From a virus, in the IMG/VR virus record IMGVR_UViG_3300028731_000007, positions 6,062 to 70,061 of that record: 64,000 bases of DNA; one strand, given 5' to 3'. A model generated the notes under the pieces. It had not been told where the DNA came from and made no database searches. It saw nothing but the letters and a program-made list of their open reading frames with translations. The stretch's first letter is position 1. Each line of letters begins with the position of its first letter. Made by a program: the position numbers and the translations under genes. This document shows, one piece after another, positions 8,482 through 19,229 of this stretch.

Positions 8482-10743
8482 ATGAACGTAGTCCACAGTA
8501 TCAGACTAAAAGACGTAGGTGTTTTTAAAGACGTCGAGCTTAAGGTAGAGCCTGGCATTACAGTTCTGTACGGACTGAACCGAAGTGGTGGACGAGCCTC
8601 AAAGAACTCGAATGGTGTGGGCAAGTCCCTGATTACCAGTTCTTTGGCTGATCTCTTGTACGAGGAGCCTATTGTTGGTGAAAAGTCTGATCGTATGCGT
8701 GTCGGTAGCCGTTATACGTCGTTCACCGATTATAGGGGACGTAAAGTAGACTTGAGTCGAGTTATGAACGGGCGTTCCGAAAAGATTGGAATTTCTGTTG
8801 ATGATAAAGAATTAAAGCTTAGGACGTCTACCTACAACAGACAGACCCTGAAAAAGCTGTGGCCTATTAGTCAAGAAGAATATCAGACCTACGTTCATAT
8901 AGATGGTCGAATTCCACACCCCTTGGTCATGGGAAAAAGCGTTGAACGCAAAGCATTCTTTACTGCGTTCTTCGGCTTGGACAAAATGGATGCTGAACGC
9001 AAACTCTACACTGCTGAATTATCCAAATTATCCAAGATAAAATCTGCGTTCCAAGAATTAAGGACTGCTTACACTAAAGCAAAATTAGATTTATTGGACA
9101 CCGAGGCAGAGACTCAAGTCACTGAGCTGGTCACCAAGTACAGACAGCAACTAAAGAACGTACAGCAACGGTTCAATAAGGCACAAGACATATTGCGTTT
9201 ACTGAACTTTGCGACATCCGCAAAGTCCCATATCTCTACATTGGCCAAGGCCTGTGGGGGGACTATAACGGAGGAAGAGGTTGAACGCTGTGTGTCAGAT
9301 AATAAATGGGAATTGAAGAAAGCTACTTCCGACCTAGAAGACGCTGAGAACTGGACGCTATACCAACGCGAAACTTCGAACTACACAAAGGCTATCGAGA
9401 AATTAAGTAAGAGCACGAGAGCTAGGATAGAAAAATATGGAGTCAAGAAGGCCTTGACCCTGGCTAAAGCGAAGACCAAAGAGCGACGCGAACTTCTTCA
9501 TAAATCAGAAGAACTAAGAGAAGAAATAGGCACCGCCAAATATGCATTAGACCGATTAAAACTCGAACGCGTGATGAGACCTCAAGGGGAATTAGCTGAT
9601 CTTGAAACAGCGCTTAGGTCCTACGTGCATCAGTTGGAACATGCCTTACAGTTCAAGTCGGGTACGTGTGAAACTTGTGGGCAATCTGTGACAGTAAAAG
9701 ACCCGAGGACCCTAGAGTCCAAGGTCACTAAATTGAGGTCGCAAATTGAACAGCATAGGACCTACACTGAGTTCAAGAAGGCCCAGGCAGAGAGAACTAA
9801 ACTAACAGAGATTTTTACATCGGCTAGTGCTGAACTTGAAGAGGTAAAAGCTAAAAGTTTAGCATTAACTACATGGTCTTCTGTCTACGAAGAACTGATT
9901 GATCTTCCGTCCAAACCTTCTCCGTTTGAAGGCAAGAAATTGCAGGCTGAGGTCATGCGCAGGGTCATGGCTGAATTAGTTGAGCGCAGATCCTTGTTCG
10001 ATTATTTAGTGCCCCATCTAGAAACTATTCTTGAGTTCCAGGCATTGACCAAAGACGACTTGGAGTTGGCTACCCAAGTTGATGATATGTCAGAACGCAT
10101 GAATCGGGTTCAAGAGCGGTTGGCTAAGGTTCAGGTCAAGCTTGAAGTGCATAAAACGGTGAAGACTCGTATCTCTGAAATGAGAACCCGTCTTGTATCA
10201 ATGAAGCACGAATTAAAAGACGAACCGGCACTTAAGTTATTAGTCCAAGGTTTCCAAGATAAGGTCATGAAGAAGATGGCTGTCGAGGCTATTGGTCAAC
10301 GCTTAATGGCATTAGTCAACACTTATGCGGCAGCAGCCTTTCCTGAGAACTATAGGTTCGAGATTCAATGGGGTTCACAAGTCGATATCTTGGTTCATCG
10401 AAAATATGGCAAGCGTGTATTGACGTCAGATGTTCGAAAACTCTCTGGTGCCGAATCTACAATATTTACACTGATATTGGTATGTGCACTTTTTGCTTTC
10501 GTTCCGTCACACAAACGCTGCAATCTTTTGATACTGGATGAACCGAGTGCTCGTCTATCGAAAGAAATGACTGACGTACTGCAACACTTGCTTAAGGTCC
10601 TCAACAAATTCATACCTTCAATCATTGTTGTGACGCCTAAAAACGATGAAATTTTTGAGGGTGCCCGAGCACTCACAATTGTCAAACAGAATGGTTACGC
10701 AACAATTAGATCGGGTTTCCCTCATCAACAAACTAGCAATTGA
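8482..10743 (+). CDS. sbcC: SbcC/Rad50-like SMC ATPase
   Basis: Walker A GLN...NGVGKS, coiled coils, Zn-hook CETC, signature LSGAE, Walker B LILDEP. Confidence 0.9.
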   Translation: MNVVHSIRLKDVGVFKDVELKVEPGITVLYGLNRSGGRASKNSNGVGKSLITSSLADLLYEEPIVGEKSDRMRVGSRYTSFTDYRGRKVDLSRVMNGRSEKIGISVDDKELKLRTSTYNRQTLKKLWPISQEEYQTYVHIDGRIPHPLVMGKSVERKAFFTAFFGLDKMDAERKLYTAELSKLSKIKSAFQELRTAYTKAKLDLLDTEAETQVTELVTKYRQQLKNVQQRFNKAQDILRLLNFATSAKSHISTLAKACGGTITEEEVERCVSDNKWELKKATSDLEDAENWTLYQRETSNYTKAIEKLSKSTRARIEKYGVKKALTLAKAKTKERRELLHKSEELREEIGTAKYALDRLKLERVMRPQGELADLETALRSYVHQLEHALQFKSGTCETCGQSVTVKDPRTLESKVTKLRSQIEQHRTYTEFKKAQAERTKLTEIFTSASAELEEVKAKSLALTTWSSVYEELIDLPSKPSPFEGKKLQAEVMRRVMAELVERRSLFDYLVPHLETILEFQALTKDDLELATQVDDMSERMNRVQERLAKVQVKLEVHKTVKTRISEMRTRLVSMKHELKDEPALKLLVQGFQDKVMKKMAVEAIGQRLMALVNTYAAAAFPENYRFEIQWGSQVDILVHRKYGKRVLTSDVRKLSGAESTIFTLILVCALFAFVPSHKRCNLLILDEPSARLSKEMTDVLQHLLKVLNKFIPSIIVVTPKNDEIFEGARALTIVKQNGYATIRSGFPHQQTSN

Positions 10744-11480
10744 AAACTATGACTATACTTGGAGCATTCGGAGTTGTTCATCTATCACCATTAGAGGTGG
10801 TTCAGGCCCTAACCGAATTAAGAACCTCATATACGTTGGTCAGCCGTGAACGTAATTTGAAGGTCCATACTTCAGATGGACTATGCGAGGCACAACCGGC
10901 ATGGCCTATTGTCATTGACTCATTAAAGGCTCTCAATAAAGTCAGAGGTGTTCCTCATGATCGGCATGTCTACCTGATAGTTGATAGCAGGGCTGCACTT
11001 TCACATACCAACGTTGATAAAACGCTGTGGCCCGAATCAGGGACTCAAGCTGAGTTCAGGACTAATCTTAAAAAAGCGTTGAGATTAGCGGCTAAGTCTA
11101 CATATGAATGGCGGCTAGTCAACAGTGAACCCTCGATTACGGAGTATGTGAATTCAGCGACGAAGCCCTCATTCTTGAACTTCATTCAGACAGAGCTATA
11201 CAAGATCACGAACTATCAATTGCGTAAAGAGGTACAGGGGCTAACCATTGCCTATTTGGCGGGGGCACTGCCTATCTCTGTACTGAGGCGTCGTATCAAG
11301 AGCAGTCATAAATTAACTGCTCTTGGGACCTATGTTCTTTCTGACAAGGCCAAACAGTTGAAGGACGCAATAGCTATGCTGAAGACCACGTCTATGGAAC
11401 AGGTAGTCAAATCCACGGGTTTCCAGCAGTTTGAACTAATGTATGTGACAACCAGTCACGCTAAGTCCAGTTTGAAATAG
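10740..11480 (+). CDS. Hypothetical protein; possibly a delta-like clamp-loader subunit
   Basis: 246-aa ORF coupled to sbcC; function inferred only from context. Confidence 0.5.
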   Translation: MKTMTILGAFGVVHLSPLEVVQALTELRTSYTLVSRERNLKVHTSDGLCEAQPAWPIVIDSLKALNKVRGVPHDRHVYLIVDSRAALSHTNVDKTLWPESGTQAEFRTNLKKALRLAAKSTYEWRLVNSEPSITEYVNSATKPSFLNFIQTELYKITNYQLRKEVQGLTIAYLAGALPISVLRRRIKSSHKLTALGTYVLSDKAKQLKDAIAMLKTTSMEQVVKSTGFQQFELMYVTTSHAKSSLK

Positions 11481-11527
11481 ACAATTTTATAAAGTAAGTC
11501 GACAATTCAATCTGGAGTTATAAAAGC

Positions 11528-11902
11528 ATGACTTCCTATATCCGGCTGTACTTGGTTCCCACACAACCGACAGCTACTCAGCAAGTGATAGACGTAGATT
11601 CAACCCTATTGGTCTTGTCCCAAGGTCAGTTTTTACCTGTTCAAAGTGCACCTACTTTGACTCTAGTAGGGACACCTACCAGTTCTAGTTTTGATCCGTT
11701 CACCAGTGCGCAACTAGCTTTAACAATTAGTACGGAGCAGACTCAAGAAATAAAAGTATGTTGGCGAGAACCTGTAGGCACCGATCAGTTTCCTAATGAA
11801 GATGTGATCACAGAAGTTGACCCGAGTGGTGGAACCTGTGTTTGCGGCATAACCTGCAACGGCACTGACTTCGCCTATGTTATGGTCCAAAACGTAGCCT
11901 AA
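11528..11902 (+). CDS. Hypothetical protein, virion-structural-like
   Basis: GGAG RBS; T/S/V/P-rich beta composition; AATTTTAT upstream. Confidence 0.6.
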   Translation: MTSYIRLYLVPTQPTATQQVIDVDSTLLVLSQGQFLPVQSAPTLTLVGTPTSSSFDPFTSAQLALTISTEQTQEIKVCWREPVGTDQFPNEDVITEVDPSGGTCVCGITCNGTDFAYVMVQNVA

Positions 11903-11920
11903 ATTTAAAAGGATTTTCAA

Positions 11921-12763
11921 ATGTCGAGTAATCAATATGGGCTTCCCTTGGCTAAGCCTATTACCCAGTCAATACTTCCCATCGTTATGCCTGATGGTCG
12001 GCTTTACGGGTTTTATCCAATTAGCGAGCACACATTCACAGGTACTGAAACTTCATTTGCACTAAGTCAAGGCTCGGTTCCTATCACCACTGTAACGTTG
12101 GCACCAAAAGTTTATACCAATGTTTATGATGAACAGCGTGTTGAACAATACATGGCAGCTCAATGGCCGTCCAATACTGAAGGTGTGTTCCCTTGGCGCG
12201 GTTACGAAGAACTGGTAACCGTTGACCAGCCACAGAATATTGGGACTTATAGCTGGTGGTCAATGCCTGTCAATCACATCATGAAGCACTTCGGGCGCGG
12301 TATCCTGTGGAACGCCTTAATGTTCAACATGAATCAAACACCGTTTGTGCCTACACCTCCGGAGCCGCCTGTCGTGACTACACCCCAAGTTCTCCAATGG
12401 GCGACGTCCCTTAATCAACAGGCTTTTAGTCAAGACTGTGCGTTTATCGACTTTAACTGGGTGAATCTGTTTCAAGCCGTGATTGTGAGCGATCCAAGCC
12501 AAGAAGGTAACGGCGTGGTGCCCATGTCTATCTCGACGGTTAGCAACCCCACTGGCGGCTATTTTAAGGCCTCTGTGGTGACCGGGGCGACCGTAGGTCA
12601 AACTATTTATCCGGGTGGTGGCGCGGTCTTTAATACCGTGCGTATTTTGCGCCTTCAAGATCCACCGGCTGGCACCTACACGTTCAACTTCAACATCACG
12701 TACACGTTGAACGGCAGCAACACAATGAACGTGCCAGCAGTCTTGACCTTAACTGTTGTGTAA
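11921..12763 (+). CDS. Hypothetical protein with Ig-like C-terminus, virion-structural-like
   Basis: AAGGA RBS; C-terminal PAGTYTFNFNITYTLNG...LTLTVV Ig-like strands. Confidence 0.65.
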   Translation: MSSNQYGLPLAKPITQSILPIVMPDGRLYGFYPISEHTFTGTETSFALSQGSVPITTVTLAPKVYTNVYDEQRVEQYMAAQWPSNTEGVFPWRGYEELVTVDQPQNIGTYSWWSMPVNHIMKHFGRGILWNALMFNMNQTPFVPTPPEPPVVTTPQVLQWATSLNQQAFSQDCAFIDFNWVNLFQAVIVSDPSQEGNGVVPMSISTVSNPTGGYFKASVVTGATVGQTIYPGGGAVFNTVRILRLQDPPAGTYTFNFNITYTLNGSNTMNVPAVLTLTVV

Positions 12764-12805
12764 CTAGTAAATAGACTATAACGAAAACAACAAAGCCCCT
12801 TCCCG

Positions 12806-13876
12806 ATGAACGCAACTATAGATTCAGATCTGATTCAAGAAGCACTGAGGGTAGCTCTACGTTTGAGTCCTCCAAGCTCAGGTAACGTAACCCTAAATTC
12901 GGATGGCACCAAACTATTTCTAATCTCTAGTGCTGAACTCAGCCGGTGCCGAGTTCTAGTTCCATGCGTCCTTGAGGGTGAAGCCTTATTCGCGATTCCA
13001 ACAGCCGCGATTCAAGCTTCGGTCAAGGGCCGCAAGGAACTGTCAATTGTCTACGACAAGACTGTGCTCAATATAAAAAGTGGGCGATACAAAGCACAGT
13101 TGGCAACCGTAGACGCCATTCAAATGGACGAGGGTGACGAGAAAGCAGCCGACATTAAGACGTGGGTCATTACAGCGGAACAGCTTGAATGGTTAAGAAC
13201 TGCTGTTGCTGCTGTAGCATTAAAGCCAACGGCTAATGTCACGGCATTCATGCCGGTCTCCATCAAGTTGGGCCCCAAATATGCGTTTGTTGCGTGCTAC
13301 GATGAACAACACATGGCATTTGCTTTTGATCGATCAATGAAAGGTGACTTGGAAGTTACTATTCCATTGGATACGTTGACCGCTGTCTTAGACACATTCA
13401 AGAACCTAAGTTGTAAACTGCAGGTCACGCCATCGGCCCTCCACGTTCGAAATAAATTGGTTAGCGTCCAACTAGCACTTCCGTCTATGGAAGATCAGAA
13501 GATCAACGGGTCTGATGTATTAGAGAAGTCAAAAGAAGTACTCAAGGTTGATGGACAGTCCATTATATTCGTCAAGAAAGACGTTTTGATATTCTTGGAT
13601 AATGCCAGAGCCGTTGCAGAAAAAAGTCGAATGGAACTTAAGGTTAGTACCGAAGTTGGAAAACTAGGACTATCCGTTACAACAGGTCAGGGGCGCGCAC
13701 AGGCTACGATCAAGGCTAACACAAAGGCAGAAACCAGTTTCAAAGTAGACTTTGAATTCTTCGAGGAAGCGGTCCGCAAGTGCACGGATGATATCCAGAT
13801 GAAGGTAGTAGGTTCAGACTTTCTTTCGTTTGTGGGCAAGAACGCTACCATCCTTGTAGCCTTAAACGAGGACTAA
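12806..13876 (+). CDS. DNA polymerase III beta-like sliding clamp
   Basis: 356 aa (beta-clamp size); AFVACYDEQHMA, VTIPLDTL and FKVDFEFFEEAVRKC resemble beta-clamp motifs; clamp loader nearby. Confidence 0.7.
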   Translation: MNATIDSDLIQEALRVALRLSPPSSGNVTLNSDGTKLFLISSAELSRCRVLVPCVLEGEALFAIPTAAIQASVKGRKELSIVYDKTVLNIKSGRYKAQLATVDAIQMDEGDEKAADIKTWVITAEQLEWLRTAVAAVALKPTANVTAFMPVSIKLGPKYAFVACYDEQHMAFAFDRSMKGDLEVTIPLDTLTAVLDTFKNLSCKLQVTPSALHVRNKLVSVQLALPSMEDQKINGSDVLEKSKEVLKVDGQSIIFVKKDVLIFLDNARAVAEKSRMELKVSTEVGKLGLSVTTGQGRAQATIKANTKAETSFKVDFEFFEEAVRKCTDDIQMKVVGSDFLSFVGKNATILVALNED

Positions 13877-13881
13877 TTGAC

Positions 13882-14295
13882 ATGGCGCGAACTAAAGTTA
13901 AGGACGAAGAACCGACAGTCCCCATCAAGATGTTGCTGGATGTTGAGCCTGGGCTTTTCTACGAAGTTGGGGATGCCCATCTAACGTTCTTCAGAGAAGA
14001 GAAGGCAACTACATTTTGGTTGGGTCCTAAAATTCCATTAGCCTGTATGTTCGAGGCCCATTGGATTGTTCTGGACGGTGAACGAGTGGGTTTGCACTTT
14101 GTTACCCAGTTCCAGGTAACCAATGGTGGAGGCTATCTTTTAGGATACCTGAATAAAGGACGAGGAAAGGCCTCCAAAGTAGAAGTGCTCTTGAAGTCTA
14201 AGAACATCGTCATCTACTCGTTTCCCAATAGAGGGGCGCTAATTATTGCCTGCAAGATTGGGCCTGATGTACTTACAATCTTCGAAGAGCAGTAA
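13882..14295 (+). CDS. Hypothetical protein
   Basis: GAGG RBS, operon packing. Confidence 0.7.
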   Translation: MARTKVKDEEPTVPIKMLLDVEPGLFYEVGDAHLTFFREEKATTFWLGPKIPLACMFEAHWIVLDGERVGLHFVTQFQVTNGGGYLLGYLNKGRGKASKVEVLLKSKNIVIYSFPNRGALIIACKIGPDVLTIFEEQ

Positions 14296-14314
14296 TTCTA
14301 AACTGGAATTAATA

Positions 14315-14863
14315 ATGGCTAAGACCGAAGAATTCGATCTGCAAGACTTACTAGCTGAAATTCGTAACGATCCAAGTTTTACCAAGTTCAAGCGTGTGGT
14401 CAGAATTACAGGCACGCGCCTGAACCTAGAAAAAGATAGAGAAGAAGCACTAGCTAGTCATGCAGCACGGACCAGCAGAACATTACACGGTTCAAAACGA
14501 TATTCCCCAAAAGACTTGATTGATGCAACGCTTACTGATGGACGGACACGTAGTCGATTAGTAGAAATCAGGGTGAAGGCCTCAAATCATATTGAGCTTT
14601 TAGAAGATGCCTGTGATGCAATCAAACATCATTTGTTCACCGAGTACCACGAACAGTTAAAAGCGTTTTCTACTGTTGATCAACGATCAGCTCTAGTCAA
14701 AAGAGTCCAACGAGTAGCCCTAAACATGGTGGCTGAAGGTCGGACCCTGCTCGATCTATTGGACCAGATCATCAAGGACATCGACCAGAACGGACATAGC
14801 TTACGTAATTCTATGGAGCTTTTAAAGTTGCTCGACGGGGCTAAGAGTGGAGTCGTTATATGA
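14315..14863 (+). CDS. Helical protein, possibly UvsY-like recombination mediator
   Basis: All-helical coiled-coil pattern, size and position upstream of UvsW-like helicase; ATG 14315. Confidence 0.5.
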   Translation: MAKTEEFDLQDLLAEIRNDPSFTKFKRVVRITGTRLNLEKDREEALASHAARTSRTLHGSKRYSPKDLIDATLTDGRTRSRLVEIRVKASNHIELLEDACDAIKHHLFTEYHEQLKAFSTVDQRSALVKRVQRVALNMVAEGRTLLDLLDQIIKDIDQNGHSLRNSMELLKLLDGAKSGVVI

Positions 14864-15336
14864 CAACAGAAACGATAAGAGTTCCTGATCTACGAAACTT
14901 CTTCAATGACATGGGGTATCTAGGAATTAGTCAGGAAGTTTCTAGTTTGTGGACCTATTATGAACGGGCAGTAAACGACGTAACTTATCAAGAATTGCGA
15001 TTGGTGGGTAACTCTGTAATTATCCAACAGGCGTCCGATCAATTTGGACTATCCGTTCTAGCCTTACAAACAAATGAGTTACGAGTCTACGAGCATGCAG
15101 CATTTATGCTGGCTCAGGCCCTACCCTATTTCGTGCGTGGCTCCTCTGTTCTGCACCTTCATTTTCTAGGCACCGGTTACCAAGCATTTATAGGATTGGA
15201 CCTGAGTCTATTAGGCCTGCAAGCAGAATTGATAAAGTTGGAAGGATCGTTAGAACTAGTAAATAGACATGGAGTACCCTACGACAAAGAAATATCCAAA
15301 GTCACAGGTGCTCTAGTTAAGGTAAAAGGAAAATAA
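14860..15336 (+). CDS. Hypothetical protein
   Basis: ATGA overlap, GGAG RBS. Confidence 0.7.
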   Translation: MTTETIRVPDLRNFFNDMGYLGISQEVSSLWTYYERAVNDVTYQELRLVGNSVIIQQASDQFGLSVLALQTNELRVYEHAAFMLAQALPYFVRGSSVLHLHFLGTGYQAFIGLDLSLLGLQAELIKLEGSLELVNRHGVPYDKEISKVTGALVKVKGK

Positions 15337-15337
15337 A

Positions 15338-15832
15338 ATGAACAATAATTATTTGGTAGCTACAGCACCTTCATTGTCATCAGCTACGGTTGATGCCTCG
15401 GGATCTCGCCATTTCGTTTTGATAGACCTGGGTGAGTTAGGTCCCTGGTCCCTTGCTTCTTTAGCTGTCAATCAAAAATTGAATATCCGGACCTTGTCAC
15501 TAAACCCTAAATACGACTATTCAACTGATATTTCCGCAGACGAAGGTTCAGCTATCGTTAAATTTCTCGTGTCTATGGTTGCTCAATTCGGTAAAGCCCC
15601 GTTGATTATTACCGGCAGTCCGGCCGTGACCCTAGCCTTGGCACTAACTGTGCAGTATGCAACAAACAACCCAGACTTGAAGAACCTGAACATCGTATTA
15701 ACGGCCGAAGTCGATCCTCAGTCCCAGTCAAATGTGGCGGTCAACCGTGTATCCTTGAGTAATAGTGAAATATCTGGAATATCTGCTTTGGGGTCGCCCA
15801 CGAGTTTAAATCTAGCTTTCACCAGCGTTTGA
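15338..15832 (+). CDS. Hypothetical protein, virion-structural-like
   Basis: AAGGA RBS; S/T/A/L-rich. Confidence 0.65.
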   Translation: MNNNYLVATAPSLSSATVDASGSRHFVLIDLGELGPWSLASLAVNQKLNIRTLSLNPKYDYSTDISADEGSAIVKFLVSMVAQFGKAPLIITGSPAVTLALALTVQYATNNPDLKNLNIVLTAEVDPQSQSNVAVNRVSLSNSEISGISALGSPTSLNLAFTSV

Positions 15833-15838
15833 TGTGAT

Positions 15839-17374
15839 ATGACAGGCACTATCACCATCCATGCACGAGAGGCATTCTTCATCAAGAAACAGGATATTAG
15901 TCCTAAAATAAGATCAACGTTGATCGACAAATATCGTCACATGTTTTATGAGGTTAAAGCCTGCAAAAAATGCGAGTTCTATGAAGAAAGATTGGCTGAC
16001 GAGAAACAGCATCTTGAGGTCTGTGACAATTGTGCAGCTTTCAAGGGTGGCGCGGAACTGGCAACAGAAGTTAAGGTAGGTAAGAATTCGTATATCCGAA
16101 CACCTCTGGGCAATCCTGGGCCTTTAAAATCGGTGCTGGACCATCAAGAAATTAAGTACAAGTTCAAGTCCCATTTTCCGGATAAAAAGTTTAGTACCCC
16201 TATTAAGTTCACTGGGACTTTGAGAGACTATCAACCAGAGGCCGTTGAGGCCATGGTTAAAAAGAAGCGAGGCGTAGTAAAATCCAGGGCGCGTACAGGG
16301 AAGACGGTAATGAGTTGTGCCGCCATTTGTAGAATTGGCAAAAAAACAATTATCATGGCGTCTCAACGTGAATGGCTTTTAGGTTTTCAAGAAACATTCA
16401 TCGGGTCAAAAACACAGAAAGCCTTAACTGACTGCAACCCCGATAAGATAGGTTTTGCACGCAAGATCGAGGACTTCAAAAAATACGACGTTTGTTTGGT
16501 AACGGTTCAGACTTTCTACAGTGAAGGTGGACAGCGCTTGCTAAGAAAGATTCGTGACATGTTTTCAGTTTTAGTCTGTGACGAGGTACACACAGCAGCT
16601 GCCTCCAAATATGCCTCAGTTATTTCCAAACTTAATTGTGGCTGGAAGATAGGTCTTTCTGCGACACCCTCAAGGAAAGATTTTAAATTTTCGTTGGTAC
16701 GTGATTTGATGGGGCCAAATATCGCCGACCTTAAGGTTGCGCGGTTAAGGCCCCATGTTCGTTTGATACGTACCGAATATGTGAAGAAAGGGAAGGGACA
16801 ACAATTGTGGCCTTATATTGTTGGATCCTTAGAAAAAGATCCGAAACGTTTAAAGCTTATTGCCAAATGGGCCTTGCAGGACGTCAAGAACGGGCACATG
16901 GTACTCATACCTTTTGCCCAAGTAGCGCCCATTAAAGCCCTCGTAGCGGCTATCAACACGATGGCTGGTAAGACCGTGGCCTACCCATTCTATGGGGGCC
17001 TTAAAAAGGCGGATAGGGATAAGTACATTGAAGGTGCGCGTCGGTACACTCACAAAATATTGGTGGGTAACATCAAACTCCTGTCCACCGGTACCAACAT
17101 TCCCAGGGCCAGTTGTTTGTATGAGTCTACACTTTCTAGTAATATGGAAAATGCTGAACAGCGGGTGTCTCGTATTCTCACACCTATGGACGGCAAGATC
17201 ACACCTATTCTCCGTATCTTTTTGGATGATGCTCATGTTAGACGTGCGTGCTTAAGGACCGAATGGTTTGGGTGTATCAAGCCCATGTTCAAGCCCGTCA
17301 TTTCAGAAAAAGACACAGAAATCCTGAAGGCTTATTTTGCTGACAAAGACCGGGTCCCCAAGGTGGAATGGTAG
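15839..17374 (+). CDS. Superfamily 2 DNA helicase (UvsW-like)
   Basis: LRDYQ Q-motif, RARTGKT Walker A, DEVH, SAT, EQRVSRI motif VI; N-terminal CxxC...CxxC. Confidence 0.9.
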   Translation: MTGTITIHAREAFFIKKQDISPKIRSTLIDKYRHMFYEVKACKKCEFYEERLADEKQHLEVCDNCAAFKGGAELATEVKVGKNSYIRTPLGNPGPLKSVLDHQEIKYKFKSHFPDKKFSTPIKFTGTLRDYQPEAVEAMVKKKRGVVKSRARTGKTVMSCAAICRIGKKTIIMASQREWLLGFQETFIGSKTQKALTDCNPDKIGFARKIEDFKKYDVCLVTVQTFYSEGGQRLLRKIRDMFSVLVCDEVHTAAASKYASVISKLNCGWKIGLSATPSRKDFKFSLVRDLMGPNIADLKVARLRPHVRLIRTEYVKKGKGQQLWPYIVGSLEKDPKRLKLIAKWALQDVKNGHMVLIPFAQVAPIKALVAAINTMAGKTVAYPFYGGLKKADRDKYIEGARRYTHKILVGNIKLLSTGTNIPRASCLYESTLSSNMENAEQRVSRILTPMDGKITPILRIFLDDAHVRRACLRTEWFGCIKPMFKPVISEKDTEILKAYFADKDRVPKVEW

Positions 17375-17418
17375 CTTACGGCTAGTAAATAAGTATAGAA
17401 CTATCAACGAGACGAACT

Positions 17419-17580
17419 ATGTTTTTTACAACTGTCCAATCGCCTATTACGTACAACCCAACTGAGGCCTCCCTATCTTTGTTAAAAGGCCTTCATCTTC
17501 TGTACCCACATATGATGAATGAAGATCAAACTATGTTCTACGCACCTAATGGACATAGTTTGGAGGTGAGGCTTCAATGA
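17419..17580 (+). CDS. Small hypothetical protein (53 aa)
   Basis: Open ATG 17419 to TGA 17580, ATGA overlap with next gene; below the track cutoff. Confidence 0.55.
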   Translation: MFFTTVQSPITYNPTEASLSLLKGLHLLYPHMMNEDQTMFYAPNGHSLEVRLQ

Positions 17581-18362
17581 ACGAGATCAATGGTGGTTCG
17601 TCCAGGGCTAAGGTCCCCTATGCTAGGGGCTCTACTTACACTAGGTCCGGGTCTAAGTCAGGGTCTCCCGTCTATGATCCTAAAGACGAGGCCTCGGTAG
17701 AAGACCTTCAGAGTATCAATAAAAAAATAGTTAAAAAACAAGAATTAGCTAAATCAGAATCCAAATCTAGTAGTACTCGTATTATGGTGAAACAAGGAAT
17801 AGCTATCAAACAGGTGGTGCCTTCATCTGTCTGGCGCTGTGCTCCATTTAAATGGGACCCCTTACCTTTTTCTGTAGAGAATGAAAAACTTAATGACAGA
17901 ATTATTGAGGCCGAGGTCCAGAACCAAGGCTTATCCATGTTTCTGGACGATGTAAGAATTCCCATTGTTTATGGTGTGTCAGGCAACCCCGATGACGTAC
18001 AGGCCCGTTATTTCGCGGCCTTCCTAGTCGACGCTCATCTACAGGCCCTAGGATCAAAAGCAAATGTAGTGTGGCATACCTTGTACGGTGGATTTGACAA
18101 TCCGTTACTCAAGTCCCACACGGATAACGATTTAATAGAAAAACCCTCATTATTGGTTCTCACCAATTTGAGCCCCGCTAGTACAGGGGTGAAACTGGAT
18201 AAGGCTAAAGATCTGCTGGAGAAGTTTCAAGACATTCCACGTATAGTGGTCATGGCCGGTGAAGACCCTTTGTCATTCCTGTCCTGCAGACTATACAGTG
18301 AAGTAAATGCTTTAGCCTATTTCTGTCAAAGCTTGGTCAAACGAAAAATGGATATTATATGA
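17577..18362 (+). CDS. Degenerate AAA+/DnaC-like protein (possible helicase loader)
   Basis: PSLLVLTNL and PRIVVMAG resemble DnaC/IstB core strands; no intact Walker A. Confidence 0.5.
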   Translation: MNEINGGSSRAKVPYARGSTYTRSGSKSGSPVYDPKDEASVEDLQSINKKIVKKQELAKSESKSSSTRIMVKQGIAIKQVVPSSVWRCAPFKWDPLPFSVENEKLNDRIIEAEVQNQGLSMFLDDVRIPIVYGVSGNPDDVQARYFAAFLVDAHLQALGSKANVVWHTLYGGFDNPLLKSHTDNDLIEKPSLLVLTNLSPASTGVKLDKAKDLLEKFQDIPRIVVMAGEDPLSFLSCRLYSEVNALAYFCQSLVKRKMDII

Positions 18363-18703
18363 AGGACCCTCAAGTTGTTATTCAGTTATCAACGTTTTCG
18401 TTAGCTAAGACTTGGAGACCAGGAGTCCGTAAGTCAAAACCTATTGCTACTCTGACCGGCGTTATTCATAACGGTGGCGGGTTTAACTGCAAATTCAGTT
18501 TCAACTTTGGACATAGATCACAATTGGTGTTTGAGGACGCTCGTATATTTGATGGTTCCGAGCCTAAGACACTAGCTTTGTTAGTAAAGAATCGATTACT
18601 GGATTGGGCAAAGGCAACTGATTCCATACCTGAAGAACTAAGATCCGAGCTGGTTCAAAGCATATTGAAACATGATCAAGGTCAAGGTCACGGCTCGTCA
18701 TGA
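18359..18703 (+). CDS. Hypothetical protein
   Basis: ATGA overlaps at both ends. Confidence 0.7.
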   Translation: MKDPQVVIQLSTFSLAKTWRPGVRKSKPIATLTGVIHNGGGFNCKFSFNFGHRSQLVFEDARIFDGSEPKTLALLVKNRLLDWAKATDSIPEELRSELVQSILKHDQGQGHGSS

Positions 18704-18906
18704 AATGGTCAACCAATGAAAAAGTTGATAAAACGTTGCAGGACTATGCTCAAAGAGTTATTGATACTGAGGACGACAAAGAAAGATTTGCTGTAGCCCT
18801 AGGTTATATTGGTGCGGCCTGTACTTTGTACAGAGGAGAGCCATTGTTGAATAATTATATTTGTATATTAGCCCAATTAGCTTTATTTCCATTGGACATT
18901 AAATGA
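18700..18906 (+). CDS. Hypothetical protein
   Basis: Overlapping start/stop packing. Confidence 0.65.
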   Translation: MKWSTNEKVDKTLQDYAQRVIDTEDDKERFAVALGYIGAACTLYRGEPLLNNYICILAQLALFPLDIK

Positions 18907-19229
18907 ACAGCGATTACACCAAGTTAGTTAAAGATTTGCGGCTCCTGTATTTCACTACGGTAGTGCAAGAGCTAAATGATGAACAAACCCGTCGTTCACT
19001 AAGAATCCTGTTTCTAGAACACTGCTACTCAAGTCCCGGAATAACTAGCGCCCAAATACAATGTGATAAATCCAATAACCCACCGTCCGTTGTTGAGGCT
19101 AAGGACTTGGCGATTCGAGTTAAAGTTCAATGGTCTGCTGGTGATCAGACAATGATTTATATGTCGGTATATAAAGTCAGCGTGTTCCACAATTTAAAAG
19201 AAGTACCAAATGGGTTGAATCCAGAATGA
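18903..19229 (+). CDS. Hypothetical protein
   Basis: Overlapping start/stop packing. Confidence 0.65.
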   Translation: MNSDYTKLVKDLRLLYFTTVVQELNDEQTRRSLRILFLEHCYSSPGITSAQIQCDKSNNPPSVVEAKDLAIRVKVQWSAGDQTMIYMSVYKVSVFHNLKEVPNGLNPE